Origin: an uncultured Fibrobacterota bacterium
GTDB lineage: Bacteria; Fibrobacterota; Chitinivibrionia; Chitinivibrionales; FEN-1185
Direction: 5' to 3'
Assembly (NCBI GenBank): GCA_963753345.1
Contig: CAVWBU010000015.1
Location: forward strand, 96,001-160,000
Length of the DNA: 64,000 nt
Part shown: piece after piece, positions 48,018-58,306 of the stretch
How the letters are laid out: each line of letters starts with the position of its first letter
Numbering within the stretch: position 1 is the stretch's first letter
Notes under the pieces: model-generated
The model's database searches: none
Seen by the model: the letters and a program-made list of their open reading frames with translations, nothing else
What the model was told of the DNA's origin: nothing
Program-made: the position numbers and the translations under genes

Positions 48018-49652
48018 CTACCGGGCGCGGCGGCCGGCCAGCGGATTGACAAGTGCGGTGTTTTTCCTCCAGTAACGGTCGTTTGGCGCCGGAAAATCGG
48101 TGGTGTAGTGCAGGCCCCGGCTCTCGTGGCGCATAAGGGCCGACGCCACGATAAGTTTCGCGGTCGTTACGATGTTCCTGAGTTCGAGAAGCCGCGGGGT
48201 TATCCTGGTTCGCTTGTAGAAATTCTCCGTCTCCCTTTCGAGAAAGGCGATGCGCCGCATGGCGCGCGCAAGGCGCAGGTTCGACCGCACAATGCCCACA
48301 TAGTCCCACATCACGCTCTGCACCTCGGTGATGTTGTGCGAGAGGAGCACCCATTCTTCGTTGTCAATGGTCCCGCTGTCGTCCCAGGCGGGAATCATGG
48401 CGTGGGGCATAGGCGGGATGGCGCGGACCCTGTCAATCGCTTCGTCGGCCGCTCGCCGCGAGAACACAAGCGCCTCCAGCAGCGAATTCGACGCGAGCCG
48501 GTTGGCGCCGTGGATGCCGGTGCAGGCGACTTCACCGCACGCATACAGGTTGGGTATGGTGCTTTGGCCGTTGGTATCCACCTTGATGCCGCCGCACAGA
48601 AAATGAGCCGCGGGCACCACGGGAATAAGGTCGCGGGTGATATCGATACCCAACTCTTTGCATCGTGCGTAAATGGTGGGGAAATGCCGCCGCGTCCTTG
48701 AGGCCGGAATGTGCCGTATGTCAAGATAAACGCAGCTGTCGCCCGACTTCTTCAATTCGTTGTCGATGGCCCGGGCAACGATGTCACGTGTTGCAAGAGA
48801 CCTCATGGGGTGATACCGGTTCATAAATTCAACGCCGCGCGAATCTTTGAGAACCGCTCCAAATCCCCGCAGGGCCTCGGAAATCAGAAACGAACCGCCG
48901 TGTTCGTGATACAGGGTGGTGGGGTGGAACTGGATGAACTCCATGTTTTCTATTGTTGCGCCGGCCCGATAGGCCATTGCCACGCCGTCTCCCGTGGCGA
49001 TTTCTGGATTCGTGGTGTGGAGATACACTCTGCCGCATCCGCCCGTGGTGAAGCAGGTGATTTTTGCCTGCACCGCGAAAATGGCCCTTTGCACCGTGTC
49101 GAGCACATACATGCCGTAACATCGGTTTCTGCCCCGTGAAGACCTGCCGTGGATATGGTGATCGGTTATCAATTCGACGCCGCAATGGTTTTCGTACAGC
49201 GTGATGTTGCGCATGCGGCGCAACTGTTTGATGAGCGATTCCTCAACAGCCCTCCCGGTGCAATCGCGCATGTGAACGATCCGGTTGGCCGAATGCCCAC
49301 CTTCGCGGCCGAGGTCAAGGTGGTGCGGAGCGCTGGAGCTTTTGGAGGTTGAAAAATGCGTTCCCCATTCGACAAGTTCTTCGATTCGCTCCGGTGCTTC
49401 GCTCGCCAGGATGCGGACCGCCTCCTGGTTGCACAACCCTGCTCCTGCGACAAGCGTGTCGTGCACATGGCTTTCGATGCTGTCGTTCGGGTCGAGAACG
49501 CATGCGATGCCGCCCTGCGCATGGTTCGTATTGGACTCACTGTCGGTTTTTTTGGTGATCATTATCACCGATCCCACCCTTGCCGCGCGAATGGCAAAAC
49601 TGAGTCCGGCAATGCCGCTTCCGACGATGAGAAAATCGCACGATGTTTTCAT
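48018..49652 (-). CDS. nadB: L-aspartate oxidase
   Basis: GSGIAGL, AQGGIA, REGGHS, QFHPT, LISEALRG, HGANRLASNSLLE, ESRGLHY. Confidence 0.96.
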   Translation of the reverse strand: MKTSCDFLIVGSGIAGLSFAIRAARVGSVIMITKKTDSESNTNHAQGGIACVLDPNDSIESHVHDTLVAGAGLCNQEAVRILASEAPERIEELVEWGTHFSTSKSSSAPHHLDLGREGGHSANRIVHMRDCTGRAVEESLIKQLRRMRNITLYENHCGVELITDHHIHGRSSRGRNRCYGMYVLDTVQRAIFAVQAKITCFTTGGCGRVYLHTTNPEIATGDGVAMAYRAGATIENMEFIQFHPTTLYHEHGGSFLISEALRGFGAVLKDSRGVEFMNRYHPMRSLATRDIVARAIDNELKKSGDSCVYLDIRHIPASRTRRHFPTIYARCKELGIDITRDLIPVVPAAHFLCGGIKVDTNGQSTIPNLYACGEVACTGIHGANRLASNSLLEALVFSRRAADEAIDRVRAIPPMPHAMIPAWDDSGTIDNEEWVLLSHNITEVQSVMWDYVGIVRSNLRLARAMRRIAFLERETENFYKRTRITPRLLELRNIVTTAKLIVASALMRHESRGLHYTTDFPAPNDRYWRKNTALVNPLAGRRAR

Positions 49653-49667
49653 GGGGCAGGCGCCGGT

Positions 49668-50288
49668 CTAGCGGACGGCCGCGCCCGGATGGGGCAGACG
49701 CGCCTTCTGGCCAAGATAGCCGCCGTGGTGGCGAAGGCCGAACTGTTCTTTGGAGAATTTTCTTTTTTCCATGAGGACGAGGGCTAACGCGTCGCCGAGC
49801 GCCATCATGACGGCAGTGGAGGCGGTCGGCGTGAGCCCCAGCGTGCAGGGCTCGGTGATTTCCCCCATGTTGATCACCACGTTGCACAGCGACCGGATGG
49901 ATGAATCGGGGTGCGACGTGATGCCGATGATGGCATGGATGCCGAGGCCCCGGCTCCGTTCGAGCATTTCGATGACCTCGCGGGTCTTGCCGCTGGTGGA
50001 AAACGCCATGATGACGTCGCCTTTGTCCAGAAGCCCGAGGTCGCCGTGCGCCGATTCACCCGGATGCAGAAAACAGGAAGGCGTGCCCGTGGAACACAGC
50101 GTTCCGGCAATTTTCTGCGCGATGTCGCCGGCTTTTCCCATTCCTGTCGTGACCACTTTGTTTCTGCACCTGAGAAGGATGTCGATGGCCTTGGAGAAGT
50201 TCCCGTCGATTCTGACGTTTTGTATGGCGTCTGCCTCGGCGGCAAGGATCTGGCGGGCCCGTTTCCGAATATCATTCATAGTTGTCAA
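49668..50288 (-). CDS. KpsF/GutQ-type SIS-domain sugar-phosphate isomerase (no CBS domains)
   Basis: TGMGKAG, FLHPGESAHGDLG, LTPTAST, GDALA, HHGGYLG. Confidence 0.88.
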   Translation of the reverse strand: MTTMNDIRKRARQILAAEADAIQNVRIDGNFSKAIDILLRCRNKVVTTGMGKAGDIAQKIAGTLCSTGTPSCFLHPGESAHGDLGLLDKGDVIMAFSTSGKTREVIEMLERSRGLGIHAIIGITSHPDSSIRSLCNVVINMGEITEPCTLGLTPTASTAVMMALGDALALVLMEKRKFSKEQFGLRHHGGYLGQKARLPHPGAAVR

Positions 50289-50454
50289 ACCTTTGGTTTC
50301 GGCGTGCAGATTTAAAAGAATACGCCTGCATTCTCATGGCGAGGCGAGGAAGCACCGTACAAATATAAATCACAGGGGAAAAACGGTGCACATGGTATTT
50401 GAGCGGCACCGGGAGCCTGGGGCGGTCTTTCCCGACGGGATTGCAAGCGATGCG

Positions 50455-51837
50455 CTAGACCAGCGGAATGATTTGCTCTTCTACGCGGGTGACCTTGCTC
50501 TTGAGCTCGGCGTCGGAGAGCAGGTCGGATTCGATTTTCCTGCACGCGTGGATGACGGTGGAATAGTCGCGGCCGCCGAAATCCAACCCGATGGTGCGGA
50601 GCGATTGCTTTGTCCATTTTTTGCATAGATACATGGCAACGGAACGAGGCAGCGAGACGTCCCTTTTGCGGGTATGGGCGGTGAGCTGGTTGGGGCTTGT
50701 GCAGAACACTTCGGCCACTTTTTGCTGGATAAAACTTACCGAGACGCGCTGATCTTTTCGTGAAATCACATCTCCGCAGATTTCTTTCGCCACGTCAAGG
50801 GAGATGTCCTTCCCGGTGAACGATGAAGAAGCGATGAGCTTGATGAGGGTGCCTTCCAGTTCGCGGATGTTGGAAGTTATATGGCCCGCCACATACTGGA
50901 TGACTTCATCGGGGAGGGAAAGGCCGTCCGTTTCCGCCTTCTTGCGGAGGATCGCCATGCGCGTTTCCAAATTGGGCGGCTGGATATCGGCGATGAGACC
51001 GCCCATGAACCTGTTGATAATATGCTCCATCATGTCGGTTATCTTGTCCGGCGAGCGGTCTGAGGAAAGGATGATTTGCTTCTTTTCAAGGAGGAGCCTG
51101 TTGAAAATGCGGAAGAATTCCTTTTGTGTGCCCGGTTTGCCGCCCAGGAAATGGATGTCATCGATGAGCAGGAGGTCGACATCGTTGAATTTCTTGTAGA
51201 ATGAGGTTGAATCCTTCTTTTCAACAACATAACCGATATATTGCGTGGTGAATTCCTCGCTTGTCATATAAAGCACGTGGTCTGCCGTATTCTCAGTCTG
51301 GGCAAAATGCCCGATGGCTTGAAGAAGATGCGTTTTCCCGAGTCCGGTTCCCCCGTGAATGACAAGGGGATTGAAGGTCGTTCTTCCAGGGGCTTCGGCA
51401 ACCGCCATTGCGGCTGCGTGCGCCATCCTGTTGCCGTCACCCACAATGTACCTATCGAAGATGTAATTAGGGTGAAACTGTCCTTTCTTTTCAACGGATT
51501 GAGGAATTTTCCGCAATTGTGCTTCGGATATCGTCCGGGCAAGCGGCTGCACGATCTTCCAGTCTTTCTCGGTGGGGGAGAATGTGAGGGACTGAAAAGA
51601 AATCGAACATTCCGGGAGTGCGTTTCTTATTATGCCGGAAAAGTGTTGTTCCATAAAATCCGCAAAAAACTGGTTGGGCACAAGAACGCTGACGTGCCCT
51701 TCGGGAGATATAAAAAGATCGGTTGTACGGAACCACGTTTCGAACGAAGAAGGGGGGATTTTTTTTTGTATTATCCGAAGACACTCCTGCCACAAAGAAC
51801 TGGTTGAAATCGCGCAAGATAGGTTGTTCGTCAACAT
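50455..51837 (-). CDS. dnaA: Chromosomal replication initiator DnaA
   Basis: FETWF, FNPLVIHGGTGLGKTHLLQAIG, LLIDDIHF, SNIRELEG, FGGRDYSTVIHA. Confidence 0.97.
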   Translation of the reverse strand: MLTNNLSCAISTSSLWQECLRIIQKKIPPSSFETWFRTTDLFISPEGHVSVLVPNQFFADFMEQHFSGIIRNALPECSISFQSLTFSPTEKDWKIVQPLARTISEAQLRKIPQSVEKKGQFHPNYIFDRYIVGDGNRMAHAAAMAVAEAPGRTTFNPLVIHGGTGLGKTHLLQAIGHFAQTENTADHVLYMTSEEFTTQYIGYVVEKKDSTSFYKKFNDVDLLLIDDIHFLGGKPGTQKEFFRIFNRLLLEKKQIILSSDRSPDKITDMMEHIINRFMGGLIADIQPPNLETRMAILRKKAETDGLSLPDEVIQYVAGHITSNIRELEGTLIKLIASSSFTGKDISLDVAKEICGDVISRKDQRVSVSFIQQKVAEVFCTSPNQLTAHTRKRDVSLPRSVAMYLCKKWTKQSLRTIGLDFGGRDYSTVIHACRKIESDLLSDAELKSKVTRVEEQIIPLV

Positions 51838-52105
51838 GTTGTCAACATCCAGATATTATTAACTATGCGGTGGGGAAAGAATTGCCGAAATATCTAATCT
51901 AGCTTATTAGTTGACTTTATTATTGATTTGTTATTCATCGTAATGTCAGTGCGTTAGTTGATATTGTCAAATACTGACAGCCGCATCGTTATGGATGCTA
52001 CACCACTTATTAACATGCTCTCAACGAGTTGTCAACAATAAGTTATCAACACTAAATATTTACTTCAGGGCTTCGATAATATAATTACCCTTGTACTTAT
52101 GTCAA
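51828..52105. promoter_or_regulatory. AT-rich dnaA upstream region with phased DnaA-box-like 9-mers (possible autoregulatory region or oriC) and a candidate promoter
   Basis: TCGTCAACA 51828, TTGTCAACA 51839, TTATTAACA 52007, TTGTCAACA 52029, TTATCAACA 52043; minus-strand TTGACA(52105)-16 bp-TATATT. Confidence 0.6.
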
Positions 52106-52531
52106 AGGTTTTTTTTCACCATTCTGTAATCGGAATGTAACAATCCTGTGTCAATTTACTTTTTGAAGAAGCAAGCGTATTTCCCTGTGTGTAAAGTGTT
52201 TTTTCATTGTCAAAACAGCCCAATATCGGGAAGTAAAGCCCCGGTTTCCGCGATGCCCGTAATTGCGGCATTCCTTGCAGGGCGGTTTGACGGGGCGGGA
52301 GAGGCGGTTTGACGCAACGACATTTTACAAACAGAGCGGTTTAGGGACTTGGTAAATGGCGCGGATCGATGGTGCAGGTTCGCAGGCGGTAAGAAAAAAA
52401 AATAGCAACGTATGAGGATATCGTTTGGATTTTGTTAGAATAGTTCGCCGTGCATGGAGTCCCCAACGTTGAAGATGCAATTTTGTGGGTTTGCTGGAAA
52501 CATTTGATATGCTCGTGTCGGGGTATGATCC

Positions 52532-53510
52532 CTATTGATTGGCAGTCTGCTTCTTAGGCAGAAAGCGGTACCCGATCCACAGACGGTGGATAAGAAGGCC
52601 TGGATACGTTGTGCTTATTCCAAGATCGTATCCGGCGAAAAGGGGGTTGTCATTCATATGGCGCAATTCCAATCCAGTGTGGATACAGTTTCCAATGTCC
52701 GAAAAGTACCCGAAATCGGTGCTGTATCCCAAAAGGAAACCGAATATCTTGTATATCTTTAGCGAAACCATGGTCTTGAAAACTTCATAGTTGTACCCCG
52801 ACGAGGTATAAAACGACTCCCCTGACTTCAAGGTAAGCGTATATTCCGCCGACCCGTTGAGCAGATCATCAAACAATTTCAATCGAAGTCCTAGCTTTGA
52901 GTTGCCGTCAATATACATTTGCTGCCAAAAAGTGCAGGTGGCCATGGCTGTGGCCGAGATGGAGACACAATTGAAGAAGAATGGTGTGAGGATCCCCAGT
53001 CCTCCTCGCGTGACGAGAAAATTTGATGAACCGCCGTAACCGTCGGGCAACATTTCTGCTCCGATATCAATGAGGATGCCGGCGGAGCCGAACTTTGGGA
53101 GGTTGCCGCCCAGCGCAATTTGGCAGCTGGGATTCGAAAATGTGAATTGGCTGTTATAACTTACGCCGGAAGATGTGGCCTGTCCCGACTGCGGTTCCGA
53201 CCGGGGATATTCCTGTACCCATGAGGCCAAATCCTGCGCCGAATCTTCCGAGAAACGGGAACAGATATTTCACCGATGCGAGAGTATACCGGTATCCGAG
53301 AGGAGTGGCGTTGATGGTGTACGCGGAGGGAACGTCTATTTCTCCCGTAAGCGCCGGATTCGCCCACCAACCGCCGGGCGTCCACAGGTTCTCCAAGTAC
53401 GTAGTACGCTGGTACAGAAAATAAAGACTGTCGTTTGCGGCCTCGGTGGCGCCCGCAAACAAAGCGCAGATGAGGGATAGCGCGGCAAAGTTTCTGGAAG
53501 TGCAGATCAT
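52532..53510 (-). CDS. Hypothetical outer-membrane beta-barrel-like protein with an apparent frameshift near 53200
   Basis: Signal peptide from ATG 53510 and WWANPAL in one frame; alternating beta-strand pattern ending WIGYRF in the overlapping frame. Confidence 0.55.
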
Positions 53511-53514
53511 GGTA

Positions 53515-54435
53515 CTACAGTTTGAGATAGACCTTGAATTGGAGCAGGCGCTGTTGAATCGCTGCGATGGCCGACTGCAACTCCACGAGATGTTTTCCAA
53601 TGTCTTCAATATCGTTTTTCCAGAGAATGTTGGCTGGATTCCTGAGGGAGGCGGAGAGCGCGGCAAGCGTGTCCGCGCTCCTGCGCAGCGTTGAGGCGAG
53701 CGCGGTAATTTCTCCGAGCCGCGTCCTGGTGCTTTCGACATATTCCGGCGCCGCGGTTGCCAATGACCTGGTCATGGTCGTCGTTGACTTCACGAATGAG
53801 TTTAGTGACCGTACCTGTGCATCGGCAGTGAAGCCCGCATTCCGCGTCATGCCCAGGACCATTGTTGAAATCGAATCGGCCGAAGATACGGCCTGGTTGA
53901 CTTGTGCAACAAAAGATTTCTGCGTACCTGCGCCGTGCGCCAGCGTCTCGCTGACAGCGAGAAAGGTATCGATGACCCCTCGCAGCTGCAGGGCATTGTT
54001 GAGCGCTTCGGAAACGCCGGGATAAAACGTGCCGACAAGAGTATCCCTTACGGGAATGAGCGGCGCGGCGGAATCACCGCAATCGATCAGGATCACTCTG
54101 TCTCCCATCAGGCCTTCGTCCATGTTGACAATAAGATATCCCCGATGGATTGGAATCGGCATAGTGCTCTTGACGGTTACATAGGCACGCATTGTCTTCC
54201 CGGCATAATCGCTTTTCCACTCGATTTTCTTCGCCGTTCCGAACTCGACTCCACGCACACGGACCGGATCCTGATACCTGAGGTTGCCGATCTCCTTGAA
54301 AGCCACCACGCGTGTTTCGCCGTGAGAAAGCAGGGGACGCAGACCGTAGAAAAGGATGACCGCGACGATAAGAAGGAAAAGCGTGATGATCATGTAACCG
54401 AGTTTTCTGTCCGACATGCATGTAAGATATGTCAT
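53515..54435 (-). CDS. MlaD/MCE family protein
   Basis: N-terminal TM helix, F..IGNL...DPVRVRGVEFG, GLMGDRVI, helical tail. Confidence 0.85.
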   Translation of the reverse strand: MTYLTCMSDRKLGYMIITLFLLIVAVILFYGLRPLLSHGETRVVAFKEIGNLRYQDPVRVRGVEFGTAKKIEWKSDYAGKTMRAYVTVKSTMPIPIHRGYLIVNMDEGLMGDRVILIDCGDSAAPLIPVRDTLVGTFYPGVSEALNNALQLRGVIDTFLAVSETLAHGAGTQKSFVAQVNQAVSSADSISTMVLGMTRNAGFTADAQVRSLNSFVKSTTTMTRSLATAAPEYVESTRTRLGEITALASTLRRSADTLAALSASLRNPANILWKNDIEDIGKHLVELQSAIAAIQQRLLQFKVYLKL

Positions 54436-54559
54436 AGCTCGAAGGGAATCAAGACCGGTTGGGAACAGACCCTGCGCCGGTGCGGCGGGCTATTGACATG
54501 CTGCCACATGCGCGGTGAAACTTCATGTCCTCGTCTTCGCAGATTTCCGAGGCGCTGCG

Positions 54560-55372
54560 TTACCGGCACTCGATGAAGTCCGTCTTCCTGTCCCGGAACG
54601 CGGTGCGCACCTCGGGGGCAAAACCGTGCAACGCGAGAGCGGAAGACACATGAGCGATTGCGAGGCTGTGCGAATTGTGGTCCTTGCTCAAATGGGAGAG
54701 CACCACGATCCGCGGCACCGCGCGGGACGCGGCGCAAATCTTGACAAGCGCCTGAGCCGCCTGTTCGTTGGAAAGGTGGCCCGAGTCGGAAGCAATCCGT
54801 TGTTTGTTGGCACGGGGCCTGTACGGATTGTTCCAGAGCATGTCGGTGTCGTGGTTTGATTCCAGCACGATGCAGTTGCAGTCGGCAAAGTAACGCACCA
54901 TGGCATCGGGAAAGCATCCGAGATCAGTGGCGAACGAAACGCGCAGCAGGGGTTTCTCGGAGGGAAAGAACATAAATCCGCAGGTAATCCCTTGCGCGTC
55001 GTGGTCCACGGCAAAGGGGGAGAACTTGATTGTGCCGATCGAGAAGCCTCGGCATGAAAACGTTTTTACCCGCACGCCGGCGGTGCGGTTTTTGTTCATG
55101 AGAGCATCGAGCACCGTTTCGTTGTTTTCGTGAACGAACAGCGGCACGCCATGCTCTTTGCAAAGGCTGAGTGCGCTTGCGTTGAGGTGGTCGGAGTGCA
55201 GGTGGGTAACGACCAGGGCCTGCAGGTCAGAAAACGCCATGCCGATTTCGGCAAGCGCCGATGTCAGGCCGCGCCTGCTGAAGCCGCCTGCGTCGATGAG
55301 CAGGCGCGTGGCCCCGTGCTCCACAAAGGTGCAATTCGCGCTCGACCCGCTGCGGAGCACGCACAGTCTCAT
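54560..55372 (-). CDS. MBL-fold metallo-hydrolase (YycJ/WalJ-like)
   Basis: LRSGSSANC, THLHSDH, HDA, TDLG, LESNHD, GHLSN, HLSKDHN. Confidence 0.9.
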   Translation of the reverse strand: MRLCVLRSGSSANCTFVEHGATRLLIDAGGFSRRGLTSALAEIGMAFSDLQALVVTHLHSDHLNASALSLCKEHGVPLFVHENNETVLDALMNKNRTAGVRVKTFSCRGFSIGTIKFSPFAVDHDAQGITCGFMFFPSEKPLLRVSFATDLGCFPDAMVRYFADCNCIVLESNHDTDMLWNNPYRPRANKQRIASDSGHLSNEQAAQALVKICAASRAVPRIVVLSHLSKDHNSHSLAIAHVSSALALHGFAPEVRTAFRDRKTDFIECR

Positions 55373-57450
55373 GGCGCGGCCGTTTCCTGGACGCCTGTTT
55401 TGCCCAGCGCCTGCGCCACGATTCTGGAAAGCATTGCAGTGTCGAACGGTTTCTGCAATACGGCCGCTATGCCCTCGGACCGTATCTCCTGCAGCTCTCC
55501 CGACATGCTGTAACCGCTCGAAAGGATCGCCTTCACATGAGGATCTATGGTTCGCAATTTTCTGAAGAACTCGCGTCCGTTCATGCCTTCCATGATCATG
55601 TCGATGATAAAAAGGTCTTCGGCAATTGCGTGGGTGCTGTAATATTCAAGCGCCTTGGTGCCGGTCTCGAACTCCCGCACCGAATAGCCCAGCGCCGTGA
55701 GCATTTCACGGCAGATGAGGCGGATCGACTCGTCGTTGTCGATGACGACGATCGTTCCTGTTCCGCGCACGAGCCTGTAACCGGTCTCGGCGCGGTCACG
55801 CTGCAGCGCATTTGGATCAACGGGGAAATACACGGTGATGTCCGAGCCGCATCCCTTTTCCGAGCGGACGTCGATGTATCCGTTATGGCTGGTCACCGAG
55901 CCGTATACGCTTGCCAGCCCCAGGCCGTAGCCCTGTCCTGTCTCTTTTGTTGTAAAAAAAGGTTCAAAGAGCCTTGCCTTCGTATGTTCGTCCATGCCCA
56001 CGCCCGTGTCGCTCACGCACACGGCGATGTACGGACCGTGCGAAGCCGTAGGATGGGCCTTCCGCAGAAGATCGTCGAGGTCGCGGTTCTCGGTTGAAAA
56101 AGTAAGCGCGCCGCCCTCGGGCATTGCGTCGCGGGAATTCATGGCAAGGTTGAGCAGAATGTTCTGCACCTGCGTCGGATCGCCGATCATGGCCGGATTT
56201 TCCGCGGCAAGATCGAGCACGACCTTTACCTTTTCGTCAAGCGAATGCTGGAGGAGAAGGGAAATGTGGGAAATCGTTTCGTGAATGTCCATGCCGGTTT
56301 TCCGGATTCTTCCCTTGCGGGCAAAGGCGAGGAGCTGCGCCGTGAGTTCGGCCGCCTTGCGGGCGCTTGAAAGAATGGCCGACGAGTATTTATCCAGCTT
56401 GGGGTTGTCCTTTGCGAACCTTTGTCGGATCATCTCGGCGTACCCCGATATGGCCCCAAGAATGTTGTTGAAATCGTGGGCCACGCCGCCGGCGAGCTGA
56501 CCAATCGCCTCAAGCGTCTGCGCGTGCCTGAGCTGGCCTTCGAGAACCGATTTTTCCTGCTCGGTTGTCAGTTGATCCATGCGCATACGCACAATGCCCG
56601 TCATCTCGAGGACGAGCGCGGTCTCGGCCTCGGTCCATTCGCGCTCCCGGTCGCGGTCGGAAAACGAAAAGAATGAATGGTCTTCGCGGTTGAAAACCAC
56701 GAGCAGCACGGACCGGATGCCGTGCGTGGCGAAGTAGGCGCCGACGGATTCGCGGATCGGTTCGGGAATGTTGTTCCGTGAAAGCCGGGCGAGTCCTGTT
56801 GCGTACAACGACGACACGCTGCGGAAAATCGTGAGGGGTATTTTTTCGCCGAGGAAGCTGTCGAGACCGGCGGCGCCCCACTGCACTTTGCAGACCGACG
56901 ACGAGGCATCGCCGTCGTATTCGTAATAGCTTGCGCGGCTCACGTTGAGAAATTGCCCGAGAATGGCCAGCAGCCGCGTGATAAGTTCTTCTTTCGTAAG
57001 TGATTTGTCCGCCGCAACCCTCCATATTTCCGCGCGAACCGCATGGTAACGGTTCTCGTCGAAGGGAAGGCCGATTTGTTGTTTACCGACCGGCATGCCG
57101 GGCATGACTTCCACGATTCCGTCGATTGTTGCGCGGCGGTTGACATGCGGTATAGCCGTCACGACACGGCTGGTGCCGTCGGAAAACGCCACGGCCGCCA
57201 GCGATGGCTGGCCCGATGAGATCGCGCGGCCGGCCGGGCATGCCGTGCACGGCGACGAACGGGAATGCCAGACATCGTAACAATGCCGCCCCATAATCTT
57301 GTCGGGAGGGAGGCCGCGTTCCGCGAGAGCGGCGCGATTAGCCCAGGCAATGCGGTGGTCTTTGCCGAGAATCAGGATGCTTTCGGGCATGCAATTGAGG
57401 ACGTCGTTATTGACATCAGCAAACGGTTGTGGTTTTTTACGTGGCGGCAT
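55369..57450 (-). CDS. PAS/GAF hybrid sensor histidine kinase with receiver domain
   Basis: GQLAGGVAHDFNNIL, NLAMNSRDAM, DTGVGM, FEPFFTTK, GLGL; receiver ending KPF. Confidence 0.93.
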   Translation of the reverse strand: MPPRKKPQPFADVNNDVLNCMPESILILGKDHRIAWANRAALAERGLPPDKIMGRHCYDVWHSRSSPCTACPAGRAISSGQPSLAAVAFSDGTSRVVTAIPHVNRRATIDGIVEVMPGMPVGKQQIGLPFDENRYHAVRAEIWRVAADKSLTKEELITRLLAILGQFLNVSRASYYEYDGDASSSVCKVQWGAAGLDSFLGEKIPLTIFRSVSSLYATGLARLSRNNIPEPIRESVGAYFATHGIRSVLLVVFNREDHSFFSFSDRDREREWTEAETALVLEMTGIVRMRMDQLTTEQEKSVLEGQLRHAQTLEAIGQLAGGVAHDFNNILGAISGYAEMIRQRFAKDNPKLDKYSSAILSSARKAAELTAQLLAFARKGRIRKTGMDIHETISHISLLLQHSLDEKVKVVLDLAAENPAMIGDPTQVQNILLNLAMNSRDAMPEGGALTFSTENRDLDDLLRKAHPTASHGPYIAVCVSDTGVGMDEHTKARLFEPFFTTKETGQGYGLGLASVYGSVTSHNGYIDVRSEKGCGSDITVYFPVDPNALQRDRAETGYRLVRGTGTIVVIDNDESIRLICREMLTALGYSVREFETGTKALEYYSTHAIAEDLFIIDMIMEGMNGREFFRKLRTIDPHVKAILSSGYSMSGELQEIRSEGIAAVLQKPFDTAMLSRIVAQALGKTGVQETAAP

Positions 57451-57541
57451 GGTACGAAACAATATTAATCGTGCGCCTGAAATCAAACAAGAATAATCGG
57501 GGAAAAGAATCGCGCACGCAACGCGATGGGAAGTCGCGATC

Positions 57542-58306
57542 CTAGATTTTTCCTATGGACGAACTCTGAACCCAGCCGGAGAGTCCGGTCGGCAGGCTCA
57601 CGAACGACCAGTCGTTGATGGTCTTTTGCACCCTGAATTTCGTCCCTTCGTGCACGGTGAAGATCACCTTGGAACCGTTCGGCTCGTTCTTTGCCTCGAG
57701 CGACGGTGACAGGACCACGGCATATTCGACCCGTTCGCTGTTGTAAATCTTGACGCCCGCCGACACGCCGACCGCCGCACCAAAGAGGAGCACAAGGCTC
57801 GACAGGTAGATGAGCCACAGCCGAGCGTTTGAGGACGCGTACAGACCAGCCGCGAACATGATGCCGAGCGCAAGCAACAGGAAAAACAGGAGCCACAGCT
57901 GGGCGCTGAGCGGCAGAAAGGTGTGAAGTCTGAGGAGGACAGCCTCAAAAAAGGTCTTCTCGGGGGCCGGGATGCGGTCGGTGATGGCGGCACTGGTAAA
58001 TCTGATGTTGGCCTGTATTTCCGGGTCGTTCGGCGAGAGACGGTGCGCCCGCTCGTACGCGAGCAGGGCGAGGCCGACCTTTTTGAGCCGGTAGTACGAA
58101 TTGCCGAGGTTGAAGTAGACCGCGCTGTTTGTAAAGCCCGACGAAAGGATCTGCTCGTAGTAAAACGCGGCGCTGTCGTAGGCCTGGCGTTCGTACAGCG
58201 CATTCGCCTTTTCGAACCAGAAATTGACCGGCGCGCAATCGGAGCGGCCCGCAAAGAGCCCCAGCGCACAAAGCGCGCCGCACAGGAGAACGTTCCGCCG
58301 CATCAT
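57542..58306 (-). CDS. batE: BatE-like TPR/SH3 protein
   Basis: YFNLGNSYYR TPR, TM segments, VHEGTKF..GWV SH3-like end; position in bat cluster. Confidence 0.82.
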   Translation of the reverse strand: MMRRNVLLCGALCALGLFAGRSDCAPVNFWFEKANALYERQAYDSAAFYYEQILSSGFTNSAVYFNLGNSYYRLKKVGLALLAYERAHRLSPNDPEIQANIRFTSAAITDRIPAPEKTFFEAVLLRLHTFLPLSAQLWLLFFLLLALGIMFAAGLYASSNARLWLIYLSSLVLLFGAAVGVSAGVKIYNSERVEYAVVLSPSLEAKNEPNGSKVIFTVHEGTKFRVQKTINDWSFVSLPTGLSGWVQSSSIGKI

